From Tubulanus polymorphus (Eukaryota; Animalia; Nemertea), in NCBI RefSeq assembly GCF_964204645.1, contig NC_134031.1, positions 5,332,001 through 5,396,000 of the forward strand: 64,000 nt of DNA, written 5' to 3'. The stretch's first letter is position 1. Every line of letters begins with the position of its first letter. Below, in pieces: positions 48,818 to 62,287 of this stretch. The position numbers and the translations under genes are program-made. The notes under the pieces were generated by a model. The model saw nothing but the letters and a program-made list of their open reading frames with translations, had not been told where the DNA came from and made no database searches.

Positions 48818-51800
48818 ATGATGAATAAATGGAATTACGCGCCGGCTGCTTTTGAAGCGCTGAATGGAGTGTTCTGTGTTTATAAACCGGCTGATGTTCC
48901 CATGGCAAGGATTGTTAATATGATCAAAGAAAAACTGGCTGATGGTAAGTTCAGTAGGTTTTATATCAAAAACCCTGCTTTATCTGGGTCATTCGAGACA
49001 ACATAGGCCTGGGACCGGTTTCACGAAAAAGTTTAAGCCGAAAACGGTTTAGTTTGAATTGTTGTCTTCATCGAAAAAACATGAAGTAACCATTAGCAAT
49101 TATACCAAAAATTTGAGTTTAACTTTTTTGTGAAACTGGGCCCTGGTGCCAATTTTCTATCCCGGTATGTCAAAAAAGTGCATCATCATGTTATACGAAA
49201 TAAGTAGTTAATTTTACATGTGGTACCTATAAAGGCTGGTTTTATAGACTGTTTATAACAGGGGGGGTTTACTCAATTCATGGTCAATTGAGGTCAAAGT
49301 TCATCCCAGTCTTAACTGGCCCTAGGGGAAAGAAGTTGCATCAGGCCCTTCTTTGGGACCATTGGAATTAATTGATACGGTTAGTGACAATAAAAAGGCG
49401 AATTAAAAAAACGTCATATTTTACATATGTACACCTCAATAATCCATATTAGATCAGCATCCAGATTAAACTGACCCGGATTATCAGTTATTCGATTATA
49501 GATTGTGTATTATGGAGAATCTTCTGGAATGCTGTATTCCTGACACTACAGTGATACAGTATTCCTCTGTTGAAGATGACTATTAACTAAAAATACATAA
49601 AGATGTATTTTTGCTGTTAGGTTATAGTTAAAACATTAAACTTCATCTTTCTCATTATATGGACGTAGGATTCTCTATATATCATCACAAAACAGAATAG
49701 TGTTTCACCAATGTTTCCGTAGATAATGATTGATCTGACATGTTCGTGTGTTGTATATATACATAGGTTTGAATTCGATGCCCGGTCGACCTTTACGAAC
49801 TATGGTGCAGCTGAATGAGAATAAAACTGATACCGACGGATTACCCGTGGTCACAACCGTGCCCGATCTGGCCGATCATCCATTAGGTAATACCAACCTT
49901 CACCGTATTGAGTTAGAATTAAGCTTTTATGTCAAATTTTATTTGTACAAAGTTGCGAAAGAACTAGGACTGGAAAAAAATAAAAGCCTGTTTATTATTC
50001 AGCTTATCTGCCAACTGTTATCATTAAGAGAAACCTAATCAACGTTTTCTTTCATATTTCGAGAAAATTTTACTGAAAAAATTCAACTCGTTACTGATAG
50101 CACTTTTCTCTGGTTGGCAGCCCTGATTTCAGTTGATAACCCGCCGAACATTTTTGGAATTAAACCAATCAGTTATTTGTCAAAAACCTTAGCCTCGAAC
50201 TAACCTATTTGATTATGAAAAAGGGGCCAAATGTGCCGATAGTTTTGAAAGTTGATGAGATTAAATTGTTTCGCCATCAGTTGTAGGACCGAGGTATCTA
50301 CCCGAAGATTTCCGAATAACCTATAGCAATAAACTTTCGAAGCCTTCATCCGGAGTTGTAGGTAAGAGTAGTTAGTCGACGGTGAATCATATATTCAAGT
50401 GTTCATCTCGATTTGAAAATCTTCATCGCATAGTTTGTGTCGATATCAATTTTTTCAAGCACTTGGTATTGGTAGAAATGGGAGTTACAAAGCTTCGCAA
50501 ATGAAATATGCAGGATATATGAGGGTAAGCGATGTTACTGTGGTTACTGCTTCGTTTTTCATTTTCTTGTTTGAAATATGGAGGTCCTCTAGCCCTGTGC
50601 TTTTTCAACTTGACGACACCAAATTGTTTGGTAAACACATTATGCAGGGTGGCAACTTACCTGGAAAAAAGGGAAAAGTCAAGGAATTTCTTTTCTCCCT
50701 ATTCCCTGGCTTTTTTTAAAGAATTTCTTTTAAAAAGTCAAGGAATAGGGAATTATGTAAAAAAATCTGGGAAAAGTCAGGGAAATTTGTTTGGATTGCT
50801 AGATCGTGCGTAAAATCAAACAGTTTCCATCTATTTCTTACATATTTAACTGTGTTAATTGATTAGATTCTTAGCAGATCGAGTAAGGGAAAACAATGTG
50901 CGTGTCTGGGAATAGTCAAAAGCTAGTCAAATAAAAGTGACCGCTCTGGTTTGGAAAGTAATGTACATTACAAACCCTCAAAGTTTATAAATTCCCTCTG
51001 CTTATCTTGAATTGTTATGTAGTGTGCCAAATCTCCAACCCTGTCTGCCAAACAAACTATCACGTCGCAGCATGACTGACCTCTATATACTGGTTTTGTT
51101 AAACGTACCGGTGCTTTATAATTTATGATATTTACGTAGGTTTATCACGTCAATGGTATATTGGGGCGGTGTACACATGATTTTCAGCCTACCGGGCGTC
51201 TTATTGAGAGAACTACATGGCGTAAGTATCAGTTCAGTAGATTCTGTCGCGTGATGACCACCACAGATAGCTCTCAACTTCAAATGTCTCGTTGTATATA
51301 TTTTAATGTACAGTTTTTACCGTTCAATTTGGATATTGCTGATGTCAGATATATTTGAATGATGAAATTAGATTTTTGGTTGCGTGTGTTAGTATCCTGG
51401 GGTGGATCCAGCCTACTGCTGCTTGAGCGGTACCTATGGTTGCAAGAACAATTTTTTTCGAGATGTCAAACGCCAGAGCAATTTTTGAAGTATTTTGAAT
51501 CGATGTGCGGAAAATTGGATTCAGCATCCCCAAAAATGCTCAGAATGCATCTGCAGGCAGTAAAATTATCCCATACGCCCTTTATGGCAGTGTGATAAAT
51601 GTCTTGAAGCAGTTTTCAGGATTAGTGGCAGGATCCAACCACTGGTTTCTATATTACATTTTGTATATACAGTCGAACCAACATTATGATTATAATGATT
51701 GTGGTTTTTGATCCAAATTCTGACTCCCTGATTTCAAAGATTTAGTTCATTGTCAATCAACGTGCTTTTCTGTTATCCACCATCATGTGATATTGTTCCA

Positions 51801-53529
51801 AGCGATGGCGGATTATTGAGAGTTGACTGTAGGACCCGGTTCCACAGTTGTGAGTTAAGATTTGACTCAAAGTTAACTCATTGAAAATGAACTTATTTTG
51901 ACTCGGAGTTAACTATAACTCACAACTGTGGAACTAGATCTTGATGGGTAATATTCATTACAGCAAGTTTGCTAACTCACACGACTTCTGTATTTTCAGG
52001 ACATGTAACTTCAGCTAAAATAAACAGATGCATTTCTGCGGCGCAAGCTGGGCATCAGCGCAACATGTATCGGTAAATTTATTTTATCATTCTCTCTCTC
52101 TACATTCAAACCCGCTTAATCCGGATTTTAATCTAATCCAGAGATATTATTTATGATCTACCTATTCATAAATGTTCAGTCACTGATCCGTAGTGACCCT
52201 GTAGTTTGTATAACACGTCTCATAGTCAAACAACTGTGAGACAGGCAAAATCGATTCCCCAACTATGAAGCTGGATTCATAGTCAATAGTCAAACAACTC
52301 AAATCCGTAGAAACAACTCAAATCTGTATAAAAACTTAACTTAAAATCCACTTAAAAACTTAAATCCACTGATCCAGACAAGAGTAGAATCAACCCTGCG
52401 CGCAACTGTGATTGAAACTGAGTTTTGATATCATCGCGTATTGTCAATTTTTTCACAGGTATATGGGAGTTGAGATGGACAGTCAGGAGGCGTATGAAGT
52501 TGCAGCTCGAGGCTTAGTTCGACCTCAGGAAACCGTCAACGAAGGACCGATTATTTATGGCATGAAATTAGTCGAATATAAGCCACCGGAATTCACTTTG
52601 GGTAAGTTGCGACCGTCAATTTTTTAAAAACTTTTCTTAAGGATTTGTGTACGGGCATTTTGTATCCAATCGGTATCAGTCCGTGGCATGGAACCACCGC
52701 AGACAATCCATTTTAGTTGTTTTTGAAAGCGTGGTAGTAAAATATCCAGTAGTCATTTTGTTAGAGTAGAAAATGTCTCTGGTGAGGTCCTGAACACACG
52801 GGTAGCCTAGATGATAATAAAATAGAAAAAAAGTTTTGATAAAAGTGCTGATTTCTTAAAAGTATTGATTGTCCAAGTGAACCTGCTCTGGGCTATAGAT
52901 TGATTTCAAGAATTTAAATGAAATATAGTTAAAGTCCTTTATAATGCCTCCACTGGTGGGACAAATGAAATATATGGCGTTATAACGAATTTGCCGTTAC
53001 AAAGAATGGTATTTTCATTGTATTTTAGTTAGATTATGAAAATCTGTTCTCTGAAAAATCTTGGCGTGATCAGTGGTATTAAATAGGATGCCGTTATAAC
53101 GGACTTTGACTGTATTTAAATAACGAAACAAGAATTATGCTGGAACGTGTTATTAAAGATTGTTTTCGTGTGTTTTCAATTGCCTTTGTAATTTCATTTT
53201 CAGAGGTTCATTGTATCGGCGAGTATTGCACGTATTTAAGAAAATTCGTTCACGAATTGAGTTTAGATATGAAATCGTCTGCCGTGTGTAGTTTAGTTCG
53301 CAGAATTCGTTACGGACATTTCACGTTAGATCACGCTCTGTTACGGAAACATTGGACCGTACCGGCGATACTGGGCAGCATCGAACACTGTAAACCGTTA
53401 GTGAGGAAAGATAAATTAAAACCGGGACTTCTCATGAAACCGTTGGAAAAAACGGAGAAATTATTGTTACCCGATGGAGATTTCGACCGGGTCGAAGAAG
53501 CACAGGAATATTTGCCTACCGGAACCTAG
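48818..53529 (+). CDS. TRUB2: TruB pseudouridine synthase family member 2 (mitochondrial), 338 aa
   Basis: Exons 48818-48944, 49767-49886, 50281-50361, 50460-50524, 51140-51221, 52000-52072, 52459-52601, 53204-53529 total 1017 nt and stay in frame. Motifs LNGVFCVYKP, DLADHPLVVGPRY, SQEAYEVAARGLVRP and SSAVCSLVRRIRYGHFTLDHALLRKHW are TRUB2-type. AATAAA at 53552-53557. Confidence 0.93.
49010..49143. mobile_element. Short MITE with GGG(A/C)CC(G/A)GTTTCAC termini
   Basis: gggaccggtttcacgaaaaagttt ... aacttttttgtgaaactgggccc. Confidence 0.55.
50645..50948. mobile_element. MITE family with CAGGGTGGC-type termini and internal AGGGAAAAGTCAGGGAA repeats
   Basis: Shares an internal block (gctagatcg..aaatcaaacagtttcc..ttcttagcagatc) with copies at 25345-25624, 29775-29959 and 35741-35946. 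Related termini at 6653-6967 and 39395-39849. Confidence 0.7.
51831..51941. mobile_element. ~110-bp palindromic MITE (same family as 12572-12681)
   Basis: ggacccggttccacagttgtgagtt ... aactcacaactgtggaactagatc. Confidence 0.7.
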
Positions 53530-55739
53530 GTTCTCTTGTAATTTTTTTTTCAATAAATCGATTTTTATGGGTGTACATTAAGAAGATTCTTCGTTTAGTA
53601 TTCGATTGTTTTTAACGGAATGCGGATGTTATGCACGGATGACGTCGAAAATATTGTTTTCATGCACCTTAGTGACCATCGTGCGAGTGCTTTTTAAAAT
53701 TATAATATCAGAAACGACTAGAAGACTCTTCTGTACCAGTACGCACTACATATGTACGCTGAGCCGGTCGTGACGTCATGTGTATGGGGAACGAGTCGGA
53801 TGGAAGTTGTGGAATTTCTTCTCTTTGCATCTCAATTTCAAAAATTTTGTCCGAATTCTACGCGACTATTCTCAGAACCCGACATTAGCGTGGTACGTTA
53901 CAAAAGGTTCCACATTCTAGAAAAAACTCCCACTTCCATGAAAAAAGTTCCACTCTCATGAAAATCGAACCCACTAGTATCATGGTCATGACGTCGAAAG
54001 GCAGTTTCGCATTTAACTGTCATTTTTTTCGTGTGGGAAGTAATATCCACATGAAATGATACGTAAAATGATTTTTATATGTAGCGGCAAAATCGGCCTA
54101 CATGTCTAACAATCGGTCGGGACGAGTACTTATCAAAATGAAATAGCGAGATGCTTTTAACAATTTTATCATTTCGGTCGTTAAAATATTTTGCATGGCT
54201 GAGTGGAAAATGACGTATATCCAAGCGTTTCCGAGTGCTCTACGATTATATATTATCAGTTTACAATCATTTCCTGAGCTATTTTCAAACAAACGATTGT
54301 TGAGTGGGCGTGTCTGAATAAAAGAGCAAATTTGAAATTTTGAAGTACGCGATTGCCTTCGTTTTGGTCGGAATGACAATCTTATTAGCTTTATCTCCTG
54401 CAGATTTCTGGCAATAGAGTACCAATTCTCTTAAAAATATTGTTTTCTGAATCCAAGGGCGGTTTTAGGTGGTGGACTGGTCCACCCGCCCTTCGAAATT
54501 CGAATGTGCCTCCCAAAGAGAATTTTTCTTTCGAAGAAAATTTCAATAAGACGAAAAATAAATCCAATTGGACACTAATGTGGACAGAAAAGCACGTTGT
54601 TGTCCTAGATTTTCTGTGGGAGGGCCACCAGGACCCCACAAATGTTCGCACTTGCGGCCTTGGAATTGCTAAATCTACCCTGCTAAACCCCTTCAACGAA
54701 TCCTAGATCCGCCAAACCGTTTCTAACAAATTGAGTCGGAAACAAAAAGTCGATGAATAGTTACAGTAGATAGAACTGCTCTTTTTTTTTACAAATAATC
54801 GATAGCAAATGTGTCTCTTCTACGAAGGGGGAAAATCAATAATATCCCGGTAACTGATCTTTGTGAAAGGTTTTCAGAACGTGATGTATTCGACTTTCAG
54901 AAACCTGAGATAAAATACATTCGCGCTCTAATTGTAAAAATATGCAAATAAACGCGACTGCATTAATAAGGCAAATACTTGGAATCTTGCGCATTTACAA
55001 AACTCCATTAACACACCAGTCATTCAAATCGATAATAACACGAATTTGTGATATAGCAAATCCCCGTAAATTATTGTACACAGAAGCGACTTCGTTTCTA
55101 AGTCTATCTTCGACTTAACAAAAATCCGTACTGCTGAGTTAAAATTTTCGTTTAATCAACGATTTGGACTAAAATGTAGTCTTTGCACACGATTTCCAGT
55201 GCAGGGTACTCTAACAGGCTAATGACGAAATACGGAAAAGCTTTCAAAACACTTATCTCATACAGACGTACGAAAGTAAAGCCAGAAGGAACATAAATTT
55301 GATATCACTGGTTCGACGGACCAAACGCGACACAAGATTAATTTTTGTTGATATTTCGTGTTGCCACACCCACACGGAACTGAAACACAAAAAAAGTTTT
55401 TTTTTCGGTTGGAAACGCGTCGCCCGTACTTATAGAGCAAGTCCCACGCTAGAGCTATGGTGGCTGATTCGGACCATATCATAAAATTCCTGTTATGCAA
55501 ATGAGGGTGCCAGAACACCAAAACGAAAAGTTTAGAAAATTCGTTTTGAGCTATCGTATTACGTGAAATAATCGACTAATAACGCTGGCTTTGTTCGGCA
55601 ATTTTCTACCGGGACAAATTATTCCCAATTCCACGTTTTTTTTATCACGCACAACAGTCGACACGTTATTAGATTTTTGATTCGTTTCTGTATCGAATAT
55701 ATAGAGACTTGAGAATTGAATTCTAATTAAATTTCGTTT

Positions 55740-56320
55740 TTACGGCGCCGTAAGTTTTCTCGTCGGCTGTTATTATTTACGATTATACGAAACATTTCGC
55801 TCGGTGCGCGGCGGCGGTTTCATTATTTATCGTTTGCGCCGAGATACACGAACGAGCCGCTCACGGATACAGCGCTAGGACTCGCAGTTTCAAAAGGACA
55901 GCGATCGTCCACACCCGCTCTCGAGGTCCTGGCTACGACGCTGGTGCTGTACACATCACGGATATCGGACTTTATCAAGAATACTTCCAAATACTCCCGC
56001 GGTCCAGTTATATAAATATTGTGTTATTGTACATATATATACACATATAGAGCAGTTGTTGAAATTATTATCGGAAATATTCTAAAGCACGAATGAAACA
56101 ATGTACAGTTTCACGCGATAGTCTGAGAGGGTTGTGCGACTCCGGCGCAGTATCTAACGCTGCAGAATAAATTCAACTCCGTGATCGTGCATCGGAAACT
56201 GTATATTTGACGTATAAATATCTACAACTTGCCGTCAGATTGCATCCTATACACGGACGAGCTACTCACCTGTCACCGGCGGTATTTGGAATCTCTTGGT
56301 GAAAAATTCTTTACGAACAG
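55740..56320 (+). promoter_or_regulatory. Probable promoter / non-coding first exon of the TMC gene
   Basis: CpG-rich island with TATATAAA at ~56009 and a strong donor CAG|GTAACG at 56320 that can join the acceptor at 62270. No in-frame ATG follows the last in-frame stop. Confidence 0.45.
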
Positions 56321-57785
56321 GTAACGTTTTTGACGTATACATTTTACATTTATCGCCGGAAGCAAGTCCAGGTGCAGAGTCGAAACTTGACTTAAACCTT
56401 AAGACTTAAAAACTGGACTGGCTACATTTTGATCTTATATAAGCCTCTCCTCAATCTAGGCGGTGCTCCAGTTCAAGAATCGTTAAATTATCTTGAAATG
56501 TAGGACGGATTGATATTTTTTTTCTTTTTTGAAAAATAAAACTAACTGAAGCCGGCCCACATCCAACGTAGTTTAGTTAGCGTACTGTTTAAGTTTTATT
56601 AGAACTAGTTAAAAACCTTCCCCTCTGTCAAACGTTTACCGAAGTCCGTGGAACAGGGTACTGATAATTGTCAATGCATGTGTATATATATATATAGTTT
56701 AGAAATATGATCCCCGTTCTCCCGGGTATCGGTATAGATGTATATACATTAATAATATTCTGCTTCTGCTAATTTTGACAGGTAACATGATTGAATGTAC
56801 TGAAGAATTTCTTAGCGGTGACGTGTGTGTCAATTTTATTGGATATTTCAATATTTCAAAGGTGTTGTTGAATAATAGAGCAAACACTTTAATAAGATAA
56901 CAAAACAAGCGGTAGAATTTATCGGTTCGGGCTTTCGAAAACTCGTCGAGTCCGACGCGCAGTCTCGATTGCCGGTGTCGGTGATGTTATTTCGTTTGAT
57001 AAACGAGGTGACCTTATCAAATTTGCTGATATTAATTACGAGTTTACCATTCGGACAAAAACACTATTACTTGAAAGTTTGTTGACGCCTTGAAAAAATA
57101 ACACTTAATTGATGACGTAGTGCGCATTGACTCGCGCAGAACTATAAACCCCTTATATAACGTATACATGTATCGATGTATATAAACATTATTGTAACGG
57201 TTTTTACGGCGACGAAACAAGGAAGCAATATTCGGTATTCCATTATTTAGATCAGATACTCTACGATGTATCGAGTATTGATATTGTACTACGTAATCGC
57301 AGCAACATTACCAGACAGCGTTGGCCTATCATCCTGTCTACCCCATTCTCGGGACATCGTCGGGTATATTTCATGTTACTGCCGATCACGTGACTCACGA
57401 TAACGCGAAAACACGTATACTCAATTAACGTAGAAATGTACGAGCGATATACAGCCATATCCGGTATAGGGTAAACTACGGATATGAAGTGAAGTAAGCA
57501 ACTTTCATCATCTCATGCCACGTCAACGTGACTGTCGTGCATCGGCGACTCAGTCTAACTTACTTAACTCCCCATTAAAAAGTACCCGGCGTCTTTCAAT
57601 GCGTTTTGTTTTATTGCGTCAAGGAGTGTTAATTATCGACATAGGATTGGTCATAACTTAATGTACAAACTGGAATCCCGAACTTTATTGTTTGTTTCCT
57701 AATTCCCTGTGGGCCAGAAAAGGGACATCCAGATTTGAGCTCCCCGTGAACGCGGCCCGTGGACCCTTCGCTTGAATATCACTTA

Positions 57786-58056
57786 CCTCGATGAATATCA
57801 CTTTTTACTCGTATGCCCGTACTTCCAGGAATCCAGAGCTAGATATATCCCGGAGCGTTATTGGAGATTCCCCAATAACGTAAAGTTGTATGATTTGTTT
57901 AACTCAAATTGCCAAACTCTTAAAAAATTGGCGTTGTATATACGCAAATGTTTAATACATTTCTAATGTTAAATGTTGCAATGTCTATTGTAAATTAATT
58001 TTGTGCTCTGTGCAATTGTATAATTGTGGAGTAAATAAACTTAACTTAAACTTACT
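57786..58056 (+). mobile_element. 5'-truncated LINE 3' end
   Basis: DEYHFLLVCPYFQESRARYI motif followed by AATAAA and an (AACTT)n tail. Confidence 0.75.
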
Positions 58057-58302
58057 TTGCCAAGTAGGGCGCGTCCGTATTCCCGGAATCGGGAAAAGGA
58101 TGAAAAATTTGACATATTTCTGATTTTAAAGCAGACGCAGTGATTTCTGTTCATAAAGGGTTGTTTAACATGCTCTCTTCAGCTGTAGAAAAATATCATT
58201 TTCAATTCACAGTAATACTATTTCATATTCCACGAAAAAGGGGTGTCTGGTTTATCTCTGAGAGAAAAGGCGAAAAAGGGCCTTTTTGCGAATTTCCCAG
58301 GG

Positions 58303-58517
58303 ACCTTATTCACTAACGTTACGCAAGTTTGCGTCGATGATTTGCGTTGCGAGACCATTTGCGATGAAAATCAGTTTGCGTTGCGTGATATCCACTAAAG
58401 TTCTAGCAAAAAGTGATTCGCAATTTTTATTTAACGGAAACCAGTCCAACCATTTTGAATGTTCCCAAATTCGGAGTTACGGGATGATTTAAGACGAAAA
58501 TTGCGTTAGTGAGTAAG
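58303..58517. mobile_element. Short MITE
   Basis: ccttattcactaacg ... cgttagtgagtaagg inverted termini. Confidence 0.5.
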
Positions 58518-61073
58518 GAGGGGAACGATATACCATCTTACTAAAGAAGTGAAGGGCCCAAGCTAAGCCGTTTGTGTTGGCTGGGACTGATGTCCCGATA
58601 ACCGGTAGATAATCTATACAATTAATCGTTCATTTAAATCGTATACAAATACACTAATCTAAGTGTTGAACATAGTTTTGTTAAAATAACGGTGATAAAA
58701 ATATCGCCTATCATGCTATATACAGAGGATTGTGTTTGGTGTTAGTTATTTCAACGGTGGGAAGGCATTCAATAATGTATATAAATTATTCATTTTTTCA
58801 ACCCGAACCACTAAACTCAGTATGGTGCTTGTGATGATGGGTACTTCATATATATAATGGGGGATATTCACTTTTAGTTAGGCCTTCCTGACCATGACTC
58901 ATGTATCTACGAGCCACGGTCTTTTTACCGTACGGACATACGATATACTTAGATCAGTTGCTGTTTACGACTTTCATTTTTTACGCTTTTAAAACCGTTA
59001 CAATAATGTTTTTACTGATATGCATTTTCTAAGGGGTTATGAGGGGTGCAAGTCGATGTGCACTACGTCATCAATATTGTCGTTTCAAAATAACAATTAC
59101 AATTGTGAAATTTTGCCATTTATTTTGTAATTAAACATATTTCATGACTCTTATTTTCTACTTGATAGATGTTCATGTCTTTTTGATAATCAATTTTTCA
59201 GAGATAGTCATCAATCTATCGAAGCTAGACTGATTTCCAGTCAGTGTTCATCGGTATTACATTCAAATTCAAAACAACTCAATTGATCCATCATATCATA
59301 ACCAAGCAATATATATGCGTTATTTTTCAAGGCATCAATAAACTTTCAAGTTAGTTTTTTTGTAATTTCTCGCAACAATCATTCGGTATATCGTCACGTC
59401 GAGGATCGGCGATCATCACAGCCTTTTTCCTCATATTTTGTCACGAGTTCTTCAAACCAGAATGCCATTTCAGAGGATACATTCATTCTTATTCTTGGAG
59501 ACGATTAACAAACATCTCATGTTAAATAAGACTGAATCTTGGTACATCACTAGGACCTTTTTCCGGTGTTATTCCATCCCCTGAGTCCTAAAGTTCTCGA
59601 TGAATATTCATCCTCCCTCACCGGGGATTCGAACCCGATGGCATCGCGAGACTGCCATAGCACGAACGGTGGCTGTCTCGATACCGCGTGTTCAAACCCT
59701 TATCCAAGTTCAATTTCAAGTTCAAGTTAATTTATTTCCAATAAACGAACACGTGCAACATTCACGATTACAGGACTGAAAAAAATTTTTGATTTTTGAA
59801 TAAATGTAAATTAAGATGCCAGACAAAAATGAAAGGGTTACAATTTTAATTTCCATGAGGGCCAAGCAAAGCCTAGAAGACCACTGAAGTGAGCAGCCAA
59901 GAAAGGAAAAAAATGAACTGAAATATTGTATGCGAAGACCCTGCAGGGGATATTTCATAATGTGGCTGCTTTGTATAATTTCTGTTTACCATCGGTTTAA
60001 CTCGTCTATAAAACCAAGCACTAGGATTACACACAAAGAAATAAGGATTCAGGTTGAAGTCGATTTTGATTACCTTAGGAAATTACTGCTTAGATTTGAA
60101 ATGTACATTATCTATATCCGGTTAACATTCGTTTGTATTTCATGTCATTTCGGCACATGTCACGTCTTCATACTTAATATTCGCTGCCCTGATGTCTTCA
60201 GATTCGATAGGTGAATTTCGGCGGTAGCCTCTGCTAATGCAGATAAACTCGAGCACCATTTCAATGGTTCGTTGAAAACCATTTAGTTATGATATTTCGA
60301 TAAATTTTGACAGTTCGTCGTTGTGCGTACATAAACTGATGCATACTTCACTACATCTAATTGGATATACTTGGAATTGAGCACAATGCTTATCGAATGC
60401 GCCAAAGCATCGTTGGGCCATCCTAAATTTGTAGCGATACAAAATGTAATTGAATATACAGTATTATTTATTAATGACTCTGCGGAGGCTCGTTAAAAAA
60501 AACCCTATTTATTCAAATGTCATATGAACGATCGTTAGCGAAGACTGACTGAGGGATCTGACTTCAGCGCGCGTGGAACTAAAATGTAAATTGTTTGTTT
60601 AACGGGATGTAACGGTTAATTCAATTAGATTCTTGACTTCGATGAAAGTGTATAGACGGGAAGTCGTGAATGCGGGAATATCGACTTCGGTAACAAAACC
60701 CCGCACAGTCTGAAATACAATTAAGCGCTCTAGAAGAGAAACTACACGTAAATCATCGAATTTAATTCACCCGAGTTAACAATATCAGTTTCTAGTAGAT
60801 ATTACACGCGTAGATGTTATTCGAAATAGTGTATTTTCCGGACCGATAAATTCTAGCTGTAAAAACGCAATACCAAATAAAAAGATCCACTCAATTACGT
60901 AACTACATTCTATAAAATTTCTTTGGCTTGAAATGTATATATACGAAGGCTAGTGACCCTAAACGAATTGAGTATTTTAGAAGAATCCGAGAAAATAACA
61001 CAATGAAAATATAGAAATTTATCTTATTTTCCTTTCCTAGTTCAATTTCGTATGTACATACACATGTAATGAC

Positions 61074-61510
61074 TTGTCCTTGCAATTCCGTACTACAAAT
61101 CTTAAGCTCCCAATAGAAACTGGCAGATGGAATAATGTAGAGCGTGCTGAAAGAATATGTCAATTGTGTAATAATGGGATTGGGGACGAATTTCATTATC
61201 TTTTCAACTGTACATATTTAAATGATGGTAGGGAATTGTATCTAGACAGGAGATTTTATACGAACCCCAACCTTTTCAAATACAAATTATTAATCCAAAC
61301 TAAATATAGAGCCGAACTTCGTAAACTGTGTATTTTTGTTGGTAGAATTATGAAATTTTTCAATTGATAGCTCACATATCGATATTTAATCATGTATCTA
61401 TCTACTGTACGTCATATATAATGTATTTATTTTTATGTATACTGTATCACTCGAATTGTCTTTGTATTAAAACCAAGAGTTTGTCAAATAAATTGAAGTA
61501 AAGTAAAGTA
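61074..61510 (+). mobile_element. 5'-truncated LINE (CR1/L2-group-like) 3' end
   Basis: Peptide FRTTNLKLPIETGRW..ERICQLC..IGDEFHYLFNC is the typical LINE ORF2 C-terminal Cys/His motif. It is followed by AATAAA and a (AAGTA)n tail. Confidence 0.8.
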
Positions 61511-62287
61511 TGCAAATATAGGTAGATTAGAAGGGACGTTTTTGACGTAGGCCCTATTAGCTGAAAACGAATACGAGATTTCTGCGAACTATAGAGAAAC
61601 CGGAAGTGAATGATTTGTCGATAAAATCGGTAAATCGTCTGTACCTGACATATCTAATATAGTTTATTGATTTTTGATACTAACGATAAGAAATTAATAT
61701 GCGCAATAATCACACGCAAATCGTCCATTACGTGGCAACTAGACCCTTCATTAGTTATGAATGTTTCGCCAAGCCTGTTATTCATTTTTTCTGATTCATC
61801 ATGATTCCATATTGATTTTCACAGTTGCCGCCTTGTATATGAAATATGCTTTCTATTTGTACAAACGAAAAATTGAAATATTTTGATATCCATAGATATA
61901 TCTTATTGATAAGCACAGTGAAGTTAGATTTTTCAACGTTGAAAATACACAATCTTGTGAACCGTAAACTCGACGGAGCTTTCGATCAAAATCCACGGAT
62001 CTTCGTCAATGTATTAGTGTTGTCAGGGTGTATCATTTCTAGGCAGATTTCCTATTGTAGTTGGTGTAAGCATACTCACATTGACAAATACAGAATATAT
62101 TGTCTAATCGATAATTGAAAATGGGATGAATTTGGAAGCTATAGATCACCTTATCTTATCATTCCTTTTCTTTACCAACGTCCCTCGAAGCACCAATGAA
62201 ATTTCCGACGGACCAATTGATAATGTTTTTAAGCTGAACTAATCGAATAAGGATCTTTTTCATTTGGTAGGGATTGACAATTCCACG

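Noticed and set aside
53752-55521. Short ORFs between TRUB2 and the TMC promoter
   Set aside because: No recognisable domains or linked exons; they partly overlap a MITE-like element at ~54455-54712.
61074-61367. 97-aa ORF as a host gene or TMC exon
   Set aside because: Matches a LINE ORF2 C-terminus followed by a poly(A) signal and tandem tail, so it is a truncated retrotransposon.
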